Part shown: positions 45,776-58,961 of the stretch, piece after piece | How positions within the stretch are numbered: the stretch's first letter is position 1 | Layout of the letters: every line of letters starts with the position of its first letter | Assembly (NCBI GenBank): GCA_010015805.1 | Contig: ML978130.1 | Span: forward strand, 620,001 to 684,000 | Length of the DNA stretch: 64,000 bases | Direction of reading: 5' to 3' | From: Rhizodiscina lignyota | Lineage: Eukaryota | Program-made: the position numbers and the translations under genes | Notes under the pieces: model-generated | What the model saw: only the letters and a program-made list of their open reading frames with translations | The model's database searches: none | Told to the model about the DNA's origin: nothing

Positions 45776-48102
45776 TCAAACACCGCTCCTGTATACCTGT
45801 GCTCCGCCATGCCGGAACTGCAGCGTGTCTCTCCTCTGTAGTACCTGTAATGCACGATGAAGAGCCTGTTCACTATATCCTCTCTGGCCCACAAAGTCTC
45901 TCCTCAGATTCGCGAGACTCGTACTCCATCCAATGGGCAATCGCCTCCTCAACTCATCTTCAACCTTGCTTGCTTCATCCATCAATTCACGACTGCCCTG
46001 ACCTTCTCCTTGACGCACAGCGTCCATAGTAGAAGCAAGGAAGAGACGGATGCCTTCGTCGACGTGAGCTTCGGTCGCGATGGGGGAAAGCGTCAACTTG
46101 GCGAGTGACTCGGTGATACGAACGATCGCCTCGAGCTGGCGAACCGTGATTGGGATAGAGGAACGCTGATTGCTCGACAATTCTGAAGCATGCACTTGGC
46201 GACGGATTGTAACAAAGTGAGACGAAAGCTTCTCCGCTGCTTCTTGCGAAAGACGGGGCGCACATTTCCTATAACGTAGGTCAGTCTCCAGTTACAATGG
46301 ATAGTGGACGACGTGTCACTCACTGCTTGCAATAACTGATATATCGCTTCATCTTTTCCACTGATATCTCTGCTTCGACTTGGTCTTCTGCACCTGCGCC
46401 TCCCATGTGAATGCCCATGACATGCTTCGCAATACGCTCATCGCGACCACGCTCGTGCTGGTCACGCACAATGAAGATCATATCAAAACGGGACAAAATA
46501 GTCGTCTGGAAGTCGATATTCTCGCCAGGCGATTTGAAGTCATCGTAGCGGCCAAAAATGGGATTCGCTGCAGCCAGTACAGACGTCCTTGCATTGAGGA
46601 TGGTGGTAATACCAGCCTTTGCGATGGAGATTGTCTGCTGCTCCATAGCTTCGTGGATGGCCACACGGTCTTCGTCTCTCATTTTGTCGAATTCGTCAAT
46701 GCATACAACACCACCGTCTGCGAGTACCATGGCGCCGCCTTCTAGATAGAACTCCCTTGTATTGGTGTCGCGCTGCACCGAAGCAGTGAGACCAGCTGCA
46801 GAGGAGCCCTTTCCAGACGTGTAGATGGCAATAGGTGCCACCTTTTCGACGAACTTGAGTAGTTGTGATTTGGCAGTACCAGGATCACCAAGAAGGAGAA
46901 CGTTGATATCGCCACGAAGCTTCATGCCATCAGGCAGAATCTTCTTTGAACCACCCATGAGGAGGCAAGCAATCGCCTTCTTGATGTCGGCATTCCCATA
47001 GATTGAAGGAGCAATGCAATTTGCAAACTTCTCATAGAGATTGGGCATGCGGCTCATTTCCAGGAACTCCTGCTCTTCTTCCTCTGTGAACGTTGCATTC
47101 CCCTTCATTGTATGATCCACATCGCTATGGATGCCAACGGCACGAAGATACGGGTTTCGAATAGCAACTGCTGCGCTCGACGAGCCTTTGCCTCCTTTCG
47201 ATTGGTAAATTGAGAAGACACCCATGACTGTACAGCGCGAACCAGGTACAACGCGATTTGTCAAGTAGCGATCAGCAGAAATGAGGATATGGCGCGGAAG
47301 TTCTCCAACCGGTACTTGGTCTGGTGCTTCCTGCAGCTTCAGCACTTGCTGGTCGATGAATTGGCATTTCTCGTGGACGACAAAGTACGGATCCAGCGGG
47401 CACTGCTCCGTATCCTCGTTAGGTTGCCTTGGACGACCGCAAGTTCTAGGAAGACTGATGCCGCTGAAGCCTCCTGTTACAGGAATATTCGTACTATGCT
47501 GGCAATTGCGGCATTGAATGTGTAAAGCCGTTGCTTTTGAGGAAAGTGTTGACGCGCCGATTATGATCCCCGGAATCCGTACCAGTTGTGAAACATTCAT
47601 CGCATTGAGGTCTCGAATGGAGATTTGCGATGCGCTAGAGTGGAGGAGTAACTGATGTTCGGGGAGCTGAATTTCGCGCTGAGAAGGGTATACTATTCTT
47701 TGCGTGCATTGCTTAAGAGCTGCTTCGAACTGCGAGATGTTAGACAATAGCCAACTTTAGTAACTAGAAAAACCTCACCAGTGGTATGATGTCTGCTGGC
47801 TCTGCGTTCAACTTGTGCGCTAACTCTTCATTGTATGAGATGAGATGCGCGATGTCTATGTCGCAATTGTACTGTTTGACCAGAACATTTTCTCGTATTT
47901 GGTCGCTGTGACATCGTTAGAATAGAAATCGGCTTGAACAGCAAGGCTCGTACCGATAGACGAAGACGCCATCTAGCTGGAATTCAAGGATAAAGTTGAG
48001 GAGCTGCTGTTGTATTTGAGCGCGAGACTCTTGGATGACGTTGCCATTATCATCTCTCTCAGGCCCATAAACGCTAAGTGAGTAGACCGATTGTCGATCC
48101 AT
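45776..48102 (-). CDS. mcm5: DNA replication licensing factor Mcm5 (Cdc46/Nda4), 4 exons
   Basis: [79 protein letters not shown] and [12 protein letters not shown]. Confidence 0.97.
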
Positions 48103-48174
48103 TGTTGCGTGCGTAGAGATCAAGAGAGACTGCTTGTGGAGGGGTTATTGAAGTGGACAGAAGATGTGCAGTGT

Positions 48175-48227
48175 CGCGCTGGGAAGTTTGCGCGCCGCGC
48201 GCGACGCGCCGCGCTCGGACCACCGCG
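48175..48227. promoter_or_regulatory. CGCG/MCB-like element cluster upstream of mcm5
   Basis: tcgcgctgggaagtttgcgcgccgcgcgcgacgcgccgcgctcggaccaccgcg lies 70-125 bp upstream of the ATG. ACGCG cores are the known MBF-type G1/S elements of replication genes. Confidence 0.6.
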
Positions 48228-49155
48228 ATGATTCAATTAAACAAAAATAGTATAGCGTGATCGACCCAAGCCTTCTAACCGCCCCTCTTCGACCATCCTC
48301 GCACACCTCCTTAAGCTATGGATATGTCAGTCCACTATCTAGACATGAGATTGTGGGCTGATTATACAGACATTGTGGGATAGGAGCTTATGATTGACCT
48401 TACGCAAAAGCTACCGGCAAGCTTCCGCACGACGATTGAGATGATAATGGATCACCCCCGCCCAGTGAATTTGATCAGTTCAGGCGCTTGTACTCGCCAT
48501 AGAGCATTTCTCACGGCAACGCCGATGTGGTGAAGGCAGGGCGATGGCACGACTATTATGTTACAGCAAGCTTGCCAGCCGAACTCGACATTGGAACAGT
48601 ACGAGGGATCGCGCTTGGATAGTACGTCTGATCCGGTAAACAGTCCATTCGTCTTCCATCCAGTACTAAAGAGAAACCGATCAAACAACTGTACTGTAGC
48701 TTGCGAATCGGTGCTAGGTTTGCGCTTGATGTACTCTTACGCCGTGGATGAAGGTTGGTGCCATCGTCGGCGGAGCTCTCATTGCCAAAAGTCCTCTTAT
48801 CCAATCATGGATGCAACGAATGGTCCGGGGCAAGGCTGGGGCTCCGCAAGCGCTGCGGCGCAGGATTACAGTAAGGCTGAGACATGAACTTTGCCTGTGA
48901 TTCCATTAGAAATTCTTTGGTCGAAAGGCTGCCAAGTTTTGTCCTCCTCCAAGCCAGCATTCATCATCTACATTCATCATCTACAGTTCTTGCTGAGCGA
49001 CATCCCTCGACGAAGTTGTGCGACACTGTTCCATCGATTCGAAATCGCACCTAATCAGCCCGACCGCAACACCTCCACATACCTTCATAAAGCAACTAGC
49101 GCATACGACAGCCTCATAGCTTCGTGAACAGCTGCTCGCTCATCAAACGCTCAAC

Positions 49156-50313
49156 ATGGCGACCATCCACGTTTGGGTAACTAAAGCTTTCAGTGCGACC
49201 GGACCGGATCTGCTGAGCGTCCAGAAAGGCGACGTTGTTGCAGTCATCAAAGAAGACGATCATCGCGAGTACGTGTTTTGCGAGCTCCGTGGAGCACGAG
49301 GATGGATTCCGAGTACGAATTGCACTCTCTTGGAGACTCTGGAAGAGCAAGGCTACAGAGAAATTGGATATATCGGTGAAGGCGCAGCGGGTAAGGTTGT
49401 CAGAGTCAATCACAGAGACACTGGCGGGTTTGTCTATGCTATGAAAAAGATTCAGAAGGGAAGCGTGCAAACCGGGAGGTCGAATGATGAAGGGCTGCAC
49501 ACCGAAAAGGCTACACACCACCACGTCGTCGAATTCATCACGACCTTTGAAACTGCGACGACGTTCAACATCGTTACGCTTCCTGTGGCGGCAAATGGCA
49601 ATCTGGAAGATTTCTTGAGAGCTTGGACACCTCAAAAAGCCAGAAGCCGTCGAGCGCAGCTCTTTGTATGGATTGTGTGCTTAGCCGAAACGCTCAGCGC
49701 ACTTCATTCACGAAACCTTGTGCATCGTGACATTAAACTAGCAAACATTCTCATTCATGGGGACAACATTCTGTTCACCGACTTTGGAATTTCATATACT
49801 CGACCCGATATTGTGGCGGAGCCTCAGAAGACAGAAACTTGGGGAACGTATGAATACATCCCGCCGGAGATTGTTCGCTACGATGGCCCTCGTGAATGGA
49901 GAATGAGAGCAGACGAGGAAGGAGACATCTGGTCTCTTGGTTGTGTTTTCTACGAAATGCTTGAAAGAGCAACACCTTTTCCAGTTCTGGAACCCCGTCT
50001 TCTCTCGAGGTTCGATGATGGCCCGCTCATAGCCTATCATCTCTCGTACGAGCAAATCGAGTTCACTGCGCCGACATGGGCCGCCAGGGAAAATATAGAG
50101 CAAGCGAGAAGGTTGCTCGGCAACGAACATGAAAGACTCCATGGGCTTGCTGTGAATCTTCTCAATATCGTCATTGGAGACATGGTCACGAAACAAGAGG
50201 ACCGCAAAGGAATATCATCTATAGCGTGGGACATCGGCTTAGCATTGAGAGAGAAAGGGTTGGGCCTTTGCCACAGGTGCAATGAATACTTCAATATGGG
50301 GAGTCGCACTTAG
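49156..50313 (+). CDS. SH3 domain-Ser/Thr protein kinase fusion
   Basis: Residues ~4-59 are SH3-like (VTKAFSATGPDLLSVQKGDVVAVI...RGARGWIPSTNC). Kinase motifs follow: IGEGAAGKV, YAMKKI, HRDIKLANIL, DFG, GTYEYIPPE and DIWSLGCVFYEM. Intronless, 385 aa. Confidence 0.88.
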   Translation: MATIHVWVTKAFSATGPDLLSVQKGDVVAVIKEDDHREYVFCELRGARGWIPSTNCTLLETLEEQGYREIGYIGEGAAGKVVRVNHRDTGGFVYAMKKIQKGSVQTGRSNDEGLHTEKATHHHVVEFITTFETATTFNIVTLPVAANGNLEDFLRAWTPQKARSRRAQLFVWIVCLAETLSALHSRNLVHRDIKLANILIHGDNILFTDFGISYTRPDIVAEPQKTETWGTYEYIPPEIVRYDGPREWRMRADEEGDIWSLGCVFYEMLERATPFPVLEPRLLSRFDDGPLIAYHLSYEQIEFTAPTWAARENIEQARRLLGNEHERLHGLAVNLLNIVIGDMVTKQEDRKGISSIAWDIGLALREKGLGLCHRCNEYFNMGSRT

Positions 50314-50709
50314 TGCAGGCAGCTCTATTTGTAAAGTACGGCAGAAAAAATCCAGTGAGAGGTGTCTGTTTTCGGCCGCGGTTTGGCCTGGGTCAACAAT
50401 GTGACGCAAACTGCGCTAAGACAAAAGACGACTTCAAGCAGTGTTTGCAGCACTTTGCCATTCGCGCTGGGGATCTCGGGAGGGCGCGCAAACCTGACAC
50501 CGATTCCGCAAGCTACAGTAAACCCACAGTGGTAAGATCTATCTCTTTACGCATTTCATTGTCTAGCAAATACATATTTCGCTCTCGTAAGGGTTGTCTG
50601 GGCTTCCTCCGAGACCCAGCGCAAGCCCGGGCTATCCGCTTCATATTATCTCTCTCTTACCGTTATAGAGCAAAATTGCCATTGCCAATAAGCTCTCTTA
50701 GGCGGACAG

Positions 50710-51039
50710 CTTGGCCTTCGTCGTCAAATAGTTTGCGAAGCGCACAAAACGTGCTCATATACTAAGAGTTAATTGGCTTCGGGATGCCTTGCATTAGCAG
50801 GAAGAATTTCTTGGCAAAGGAACACCACCAAAGTGAGAGCAGCTCGATGAGCGGAGCAGAGTACACAAATCTTGGCTTCCGTCGCTAATCTCGCCACAAG
50901 CTCTCCGCCAATGCTCCGCCAATATTCCGCCGAGCGATCAATGGCTACCGGATTGAAGGGGCGATGCTCTTGGTATTTGGCTTGGAGATACGGACGGATC
51001 ACCCTAAAAGACCTTTCGAATGTATCCCGCATTCACGTT
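50710..51039. promoter_or_regulatory. Putative pH- and phosphate-responsive elements upstream of pho89
   Basis: Three GCCAAG sites on the minus strand (PacC consensus GCCARG) at 50710, 50810 and 50871. Two CACGTT sites (Pho4/NUC-1-type) at 50748 (minus strand) and 51034. An 11-bp-period repeat at 50903-50934. Confidence 0.45.
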
Positions 51040-51300
51040 GCGCAGAGCTTTCCCATCATTGGTAGCCGCTTGGAACAGCTCATGTAAATCTGATCGAAAA
51101 GTAGCGACGAAGCGTGCCCATATATGAAATGGACCCCCATTGCCTTGAGGAGATCCCAAGTATCACGAAGCGACACTTCCGGAAACCGAGAAGCGAGAAG
51201 AGACAAGCTGCTGTACTAAATACTAGAATAGTTCACCTGTTGAAGGGCTTCTGTCGACATTCGACCCATTCGACTGTGGCCAGACCAAGCGCCTCTCACC

Positions 51301-53311
51301 ATGGCGTATCTGCATCAGTACGACTACATTTTTGCGATTGGCATAATATTTGCCGCATTAGATGCTTGGAATATTGGTGAGTGCTGCAAGATTCCGTGGA
51401 GCTGTTCTTCGTTAATGTCGGTCAAATCGACTGGTATCGAATATTCCATCCTCTCCACGCTATTCTCTTCCCCTGCAGGATCATACGGGTTCCACTAATC
51501 CTGACTTACGCAATATTCAAATAACATATACTGATGTATACTCTAAGGTGCCAATGATGTCGCTAACTCGTTTGCAACATCTGTGTCGTCTCGGTCACTG
51601 ACTATGAAGCAAGCCATGTGCATTGCATCAGTAATGGAATTCGTGGGAGCAATGTCTGTGGGAGCTCGTGTGGCCGATACGATTCGTACAAAAGTCATTG
51701 ATGTGAGTCAATTTGAGAACGAGCCATCAATACTCATGCTCGGTATGACCTGCGCGGTTATTGGTTCCTCAGTCTATCTCACCATCGCAACGAAACTTGG
51801 ACTCCCTGTTTCCACGACTCACAGTATTATGGGTGGAGTGATCGGGGTTGGAATTGCCACTCTCGGTGCTAATGGCGTTCACTGGGGTTGGGACGGCGTC
51901 GCTCAAGTCTTTGCTGCTTGGGCGATTGCACCGGGTATTGCAGGATGCTTTGGTGCGATTGTCTTCTTGATCACTAAGTTTGGTGTGATGAAGCGCAGCA
52001 ATCCTATCAGGAATGCTTTCATCAGTGCCCCATTCTACTTCTTCCTGACAGCTGCTCTACTAGCAAGTAAGTTAACTATCGTGCCTTCGGATCTAATCAG
52101 AGCCACTAACTTGTTTGGAAGTGCTTATCGTCTGGAAGGGTGCTTCCTCCAAAATTGACCTTGACGACGGAGGCATTGCGGGAACCATTGTTGGCACGGG
52201 CGCTGTGGTTTCTTTACTCTCTATCCTTTTCCTGCTACCATATGTTTACCGGAAGCTCTTTAAAGACGATTGGCAGCTCAAGTGGTATCATTTCGTTCTG
52301 GGCCCCCTTCTGCTCCGCCGTCCTGATCCGCCACCGCGACCGGAGAATGTTGCCGATGTGGTCGACTATTATGCTGGACACCTGACCAGAGACGAGCTAG
52401 ATGCTATGAGAGCGTCACAAGCGGGCGTACCTCCTGATCCCGAAAAAAATGGGCCGCAACATGTTGGGCCAGTGAGCGATGTCTCATCCGATGAGGCTCA
52501 ATCACACGGGAGAGCTCCAGTGCTGCACGGGAAAGCACCGAAAGACTCGTCTCAAAACATTCCACCTAGGCCGACCGGCCCATGGTACAGACCTGCAGTA
52601 GCCTGGTGGTTGTTTCAACGTATCGTGTTCCGTGGCGTTGAGAAGGACGTTGTCGGCTCTCAGTCTCACGACAGGTCCTTCCTTGCCAAAAACATTGAGG
52701 ATATGCACGCTCGCGCCTCTCATTTCGACAACAAAGCTGAGTATATGTACTCTTTTCTGCAGGTTTTGACTGCTTCCACGTCTTCGTTCGCACACGGTGC
52801 CAACGACATCTCAAAGTGAGTGTCCTAAATCCATAGTTAAGTTTTAGTGTGTGCTGACTTGTTCAACAGCGCGGTTGGTCCATTTGCAACCGTCTATCTT
52901 ATCTGGTCGACTGGCGAACTCAATAACAAGACTCCTGTGCCATCATGGAGCTTAGCATTTTGCGGTGGCTGCCTCGTTATCGGTCTCTGGACGTACGGGT
53001 ACAACATCATGCGCAACCTTGGCAACCGTATCACACTTCACTCTCCGTCTCGTGGTTTCTCTATGGAACTTGGAAGCGCCATTACAGTCGTCATGGCCAC
53101 CCAATTAGCATTGCCTGTTTCCACGACGCAGTGTATCACGGGTGCCACTGTGGGTGTGGGGTTGTGCAATGGTGACTGGAGAACCATCAACTGGCGCATG
53201 GTGGCATGGATCTACGGCGGATGGATCATTACTCTTCCATGCGCAGGAATCCTCTCTGGCTGCATCATGGGTATTATCATCAACGCTCCCCAGTGGGGGA
53301 ACGCACTTTGA
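51301..53311 (+). CDS. pho89: Na+/phosphate symporter, PiT family (Pho89/PHO-4), 4 exons
   Basis: YDYIFAIGIIFAALDAWNIGANDVANSFATSVSSRSL, PVSTTHS, SFAHGANDIS, SPSRGFSMELG and PVSTTQCITGA. Confidence 0.96.
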
Positions 53312-53933
53312 ACCGCGGTTTAGTGAGGAATTTCGTTGCCGTGTTCATGTAGTGGCTATCTCTTTTCGCTGGTCGATGTCTCGCGCATGATATATCTGTG
53401 ACTTTCTGCGATACGAAGCTGAGGTAATTTCAAGGTGAATAAATGTCAATTTTGATTGGAAATATTTAAATCTGGCGGGATGTGGTGCAGAGGGAGAACA
53501 GCTCCGACGAGGTTGTGTTGATCCAGTTCGAATTCAAGGACAACTGAATCAATGATTATACTCGCACTAGAGTTGATGCCGGGCACCTAATGCGGTCTAC
53601 TCTTCTTGACAGGCTCGTACGACATGAAACGGATATTCGGCATGTGCATTCAACCATGTCAAAGGGTGAAGCGAGTGCTGCAGACGTGAGAGACCATCTT
53701 TACATCGACGCTAGGTCCTTTTAGGCATAGCACCAAAAGTAATAAGCCTCAGCCATTAAGCTCCACGAGTTCTATTAAAAAGGCTCACATGCCAACCGAC
53801 GCCTCACCACACTCCCACGCGGCCTGATGCAAATCCCCTGATTGAACTTCTGATGTAGCGCCTGTAACACAGCACTGCTGCCTCCGTCCCTCATGCCACC
53901 TCCGCTCGCAGCTCCTTCGAACGCTGCGAGACA

Positions 53934-56900
53934 ATGTCATCTCCCTCCCATCGGAGGTCAACCGATAGCTTCCAATCGCCATTGGCCTCCCCGTCACCTC
54001 GAACCGAATATCCATTCCCAAACTATGACTGGTCTTCGAGAGGGGTGCCCTCGTCGAGATATCCGGCGCGGCGCGGGTCGAACGCGAGTACGGTCAGCTT
54101 CAGCTCTATTGGCGGATCACTGGATATCGCGGCAGACAGAAGAAGAAATACGGTAGTAGAAACGGGCCAGAACGGTCAGTTGTTGGCTATCAAGGCTTTG
54201 GGTCAAGCTGCAATTGGGACTAATGCTACTTCTCAGCAATATCTAATCTCCTTATACCACCGATATTACGAACTGGACTCTCTACAGCCGTTCACTCGAC
54301 CTCTCACAAACCCCCGACGTCCAAAGACATTCCTCCCGTTACTCTTACAAACATACCTCATATCGAATCTTCTGCCTTCCGAGAATACCTCTCCCAAGTC
54401 GGAGGTCTCTTTGATGCATTCCAAAGAGCAAAGTCGGACTCTGAAAGTGGGGGAGCGCAACTTTTCCGCCGAGACAGAGGCACAGCGAAGGACGATGAAT
54501 TCGCGGAAATAATTGAGCGCCGTGCTCGGAAAGACTCAACATCATCTGTATCTGGACCACGCCCCTCAACAGCTGGGTTATTATCACCTGTAGAGTCCCC
54601 AGGCGCAAGGCGACGATCAAGCGGTGGTATATCAAAACGAGGCCCTCCGGCACCCACACCACTATCTACAATCCCTTCCGTGTACTTCGAGGAGAGCTTT
54701 CGATTAGAAAATCCTAGGACGTTCGATATCGTCAGCGAACGCTCGGAGGTAGTGCAGCAACCGCGGCCTGCGACCGATGAATCGAAAGGCGCAAATGGGT
54801 CTGCAAATGGAGCTCCACCCGCGGCGAGGAAAGCGCTCGCAACGAATGCCATTCTCCAAGAGAAGCTGTCTTGGTACATGGATACCGTTGAGATACATCT
54901 CATATCCTCTATCTCGCAGGCCTCCTCGTCTTTCTTTGCGGCTCTTGGCTCTTTACGAGAGTTACAGGGGGAGGCTGCAGATTCTGTGGCGAAGATTCAG
55001 CGCCTGCGTGGGGATCTCGCGAGATTAGATGAGGAGATGGCAGCGGGTGGACTGGAGATTATTAATATGAAGCGGCGCAGAGACAATTTGCAGAGCCTAG
55101 GCGAGGCTACAGAACAGCTACAATGTGTCGTCTCCGGGGCTAATCACTGTGAAGAGCTAGTAGACTCTGGCGATTTTGACAAGGCCATCGAGCATATCGG
55201 GAGCGTTGAGAGGCTTGCATGTGGTTCACTAGAGATGAATCCAGCGCAGGATGTATCATGGCTTCTTCCCAATCCATCCCTCAGACTGGTGGACCTGCGG
55301 AGGCTGAACGCATTGGAGGGGCTGTCAAAAGGAATCGACCAATTACGTTTCCGAATTGGCAAAGGCTTTGAAGCGCGTCTTCTGGAGGTTCTGTTAGGCG
55401 ACATAAGACGACATGTCTCAAGCGTCCCTCCACGGGATACACTATCACGATGGGCAAACACTTCCAAACGGACTCGAGGCGCCCACACCCGTGGCAGCTC
55501 CGTTCTCCCTGCGTACATGATAACGAGTGAGAAACTGCGAGAGGATCTGGTTGGGGTTCTACAAGGCCTTGGTAGATCAAGATACTTGGCGCAAGCTAGC
55601 GCTGCATTTCGCGAGGCTGTGATCAGAGAGATGAAGAAGATAATCCAGCAGAATCTTCCAAGCTCCACAGATGACGACATAGAATCTGTCGCGTCAGCTT
55701 CTACAAGAGCAAGCAGTCGAAGAACCACACAACAGGAGAAATCATCTATTTTGTCACGTAATCTCCGAGCTCTTGACCCAGAGTCGGCCGAGGAGCTCTT
55801 TGCAAAGACCTATTGTGCGATTGGTGAAGCGATACGACGACTCGGCGTACAAGTTAAGGTGCTTCTGGATGTTACAAGTGGAATGAAACGATCCACGACC
55901 GACCCGCTCTCACCATTAAAAAGCCCCGGCATAGGCGCTGGGAAACAGTTACACGCGTCAACAAGCTCTGGAAACTTGCAAGAGGAATTGTCGCAAGCTC
56001 TTGATATGTCAAGCCTTCTAGGGCAGGCCGTGGATAAAGCTCAATCGGAAATGACGAAGGTCTTAAAAGTCCGAAACGAGCAGACGATCAGGTTGTCAAT
56101 ACCGGATTTCTTACGGTACTTCACGATCAACAGACTGTTCGCTGATGAATGTGAAGCCGTTTCCGGGCGATCAGGTGCTTCATTAAAGGGTGTTGTGAAT
56201 AACCAGATTCATGATTTCCTTCCATTGATGCGAGATTCGGAGAACCAGAAGCTAGCACAGGCTATGGAATCCGATAAATGGGAGACTGCAGACTTCAAAC
56301 CCGAAGAGAGTGCGATATTAGCTCGCATTCTTCAGTCAATGACTTCAGATCCACCAGACTGGCTGAAGTACACAGACGCTGCCATCGCGCTTGAACTCAA
56401 TGGGGCTTCCGACGCACAAACGAACGGTGCTCCTGTTGAGGAAGCAGCGAAGAGCAACGGCACCTCCAAGAAAGAGATGAGGCCAGCGTTTATTGAGGAA
56501 GAAAAGTTCATGCTCGTCGAGTCATCTGCCTTCGCGTTGAGAGGTGTAGAACGCTACGGGATTCTCATCGCAGGAATACCCAGCATGGTCTCTGAGGTCT
56601 CTACAGCTCTCCTCGATTACTTGAAGATATTCAACTCCCGAACCCAGCAACTCATCCTCGGCGCTGGAGCAACGAAGACCGCCGGCCTCTCCAATATTAA
56701 CACAAAACATCTCGCTCTCGCATCACAGTCCCTCAGCTTCTTCATTGCCCTGATACCATACCTCCGCGAATTCGTCCGCCGACGGCCATCAATCAGCAGC
56801 TCGTCACTAGCTGAGTACGATAGAGTCAGACGGCTCTTCCAAGATCATCAAGCCAGCATCCACGAGAAGCTCATCGACATCATGAGTACACGTGCGACTG

Positions 56901-57404
56901 TGCACATCAAGTCGATGGCCAAGATCGACTTTGACAGCGACACGGAGCGCCAGGTCAGCCCGCATATGGAGACGCTGACGAGAGAGACGACCTTGCTGCA
57001 TCGTGTCTTGGGCAAGTACCTGCCTGACATGACAGTACGAATGATCATGGGTCCGGTGTTTTCGAGCTATCGCGATCAATGGAGTAAGGCGTTCTCAGAT
57101 GTGGCTATTAAGTCGGATACTGGGAAAGCACGGTATGTCAAACCACTAAAATACTGGTTCATCAGGCACTGATTAGATTTGTAGCCTACTCCGTGACGCC
57201 GAACTACTGGATTCAAGGCTCGGCAAGATCGAAGGCGCCGGCGACATCGGAGCATATCTGATTGGCATCGTCAACTCCAAGGTCGTCATTTCTGTCAAAC
57301 CTGCTCCTAAAGCAGACACCGTCGATGTAAAATCCAGGAAAACCTCACCTGCAGCGGAGCAACAGCAACAAGCCAGTGGGAATGAGAAGAAAGAGGTGGG
57401 CTGA
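53934..57404 (+). CDS. vps54: GARP complex subunit Vps54, 3 exons
   Basis: DIPPVTLTNI, LSTIPSVYFEESFRLENPRTFDIV, LQEKLSWYMDTVEIHLISSIS...FFAAL, FNSRTQQLILGAGATKTAGLSNINTKHLALASQ and RLLRDAE. Introns ~54175-54236 and ~57133-57184. Confidence 0.95.
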
Positions 57405-57677
57405 AAAAGGCGCTACCCGCTCTGTTTTCAACTAATGGATATATCAATGATTTCATTGTATCATACCTCGTGATTAGAAAGTCTGCATTGGCGCTTGGAT
57501 TGCATGGGATGGGAGTTTCTTAGCGCCGAGCACTCGGGTGGGAAGAACAGGTCGGCGTGAGCCTCGTACACATCTCGTAAGAATTGAACTCTTATTTCGG
57601 AGCATCCTTCCTATCTCTCTATTCTCATATCTTGTGATGGTCGAACATCATGCCTTGCGGAGGCTCTGCGCCCAAGT

Positions 57678-58061
57678 TCATGCTGACTGCACGCTATGGC
57701 CGATGGGTGAAATTTCGTAGTACTCCACCACGCGGTCCTTAACCCACAGCGGCTTCGTGACCTGTAGGTACGGCTCGTAGTACTTCTTCTTTAGTTGCAC
57801 CTGTCACTTTATCAGCTTCTTGTCTTCTTTATCTCATCAGCTGCCCGTTCGCAACAAGGTACTCACATTCTCGAACCACGCTCGGTCCTTATTCCAGTGC
57901 TCTATAAAGAAAAACTTCCCGGGATCCTCGTCATTTTGGTATACGTTGAGGAAGGCGCACTCGGGCTCTGCGAGGGCATTGCGGACGACTTCTTCGAAAG
58001 CAGGGAGGAATGTAGAGAGAGAGGATGGAGAGATCCAAATTGTGACTTGGACGGCTATCAT
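57678..58061 (-). CDS. Small ABM-like (dimeric alpha+beta barrel) protein, 2 exons
   Basis: Spliced MIAVQVTIWISPSSLSTFLPAFEEVVRNALAEPECAFLNVYQNDEDPGKFFFIEHWNKDRAWFENVQLKKKYYEPYLQVTKPLWVKDR. Intron 57801-57866. Confidence 0.82.
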
Positions 58062-58961
58062 TTTGGAAGAGGAGGGAATGCACAATGTGTAGGAGTGTAT
58101 TTTGAGGAACAGAGTTGTGCCTAAACACTTAGGGTAGCATTGGGTTCTTGCATCGCTGTCCCTATTTTATACCTACATAGGAGTTGACGTCGCCGCTCTT
58201 GCGGCCCATTAGTCACCCCTCTCGTGTCAACTGACGGGCGGACTACATGTAATACGAGCTTGGCAAGGCTATGAGTGCATTTTTCACAGTACGCTAACTC
58301 GTCATAGAAGTATTTTGTGTCTTGACTATCCAGGTATTGAGGGTGTGTATTTATAAGCCTGGAGCAATTGAACCAATCAAATCGACGTGTTCGCGGTCCA
58401 CTCTTGGGATCCACCTTTGAAATAAACTCTCCGCGACGCTCGGATTTTGAACGCTCTTGAGTTGGGAAAGAAAGAATCACTTGGAAATAAGCCGATCGAT
58501 GGAACGCTTGTGTGCAATTCCCAAGACCAGCCGCGGATATCCATGATAAATCCCGCAAGCTGGCGTATCAAAGGAAGCATATCGCGCTCTATTGCTATTG
58601 AAAAACTCGCCAACTAATGGGTATGGGCTTTATTTTTGGGTCTACTCTCTCTCTAACTACTGGTTGCAATAACCTTGTAGAGTTCAGCCAGTTTGAGTGA
58701 GCTTCGCTCAATCCTGGGTGTGCCGGACTCTATTGTTGTGCTCCTGTCGGAAGCGACGCAAACTCCAAGCGCAGCTAGCCTCACATAGGTGGCGTGAATA
58801 TTACTGGAGCCAAGAAGCCGTATGAATCCAGGATACCAACATGTTTCTAGTGAATTAGATATCGCCATGACGGCCAACACTGTGTCCTTGGAGCCCTGTC
58901 GATTACCTTCAGTGTGAATGCAAAGATCTTCCTCGACAGATACAGCTCAACACTTTCTTTC

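Noticed and set aside
50769..51032. 87-aa minus-strand ORF between the kinase and pho89
   Set aside because: No recognisable domain; the region is better explained as the pho89 promoter.
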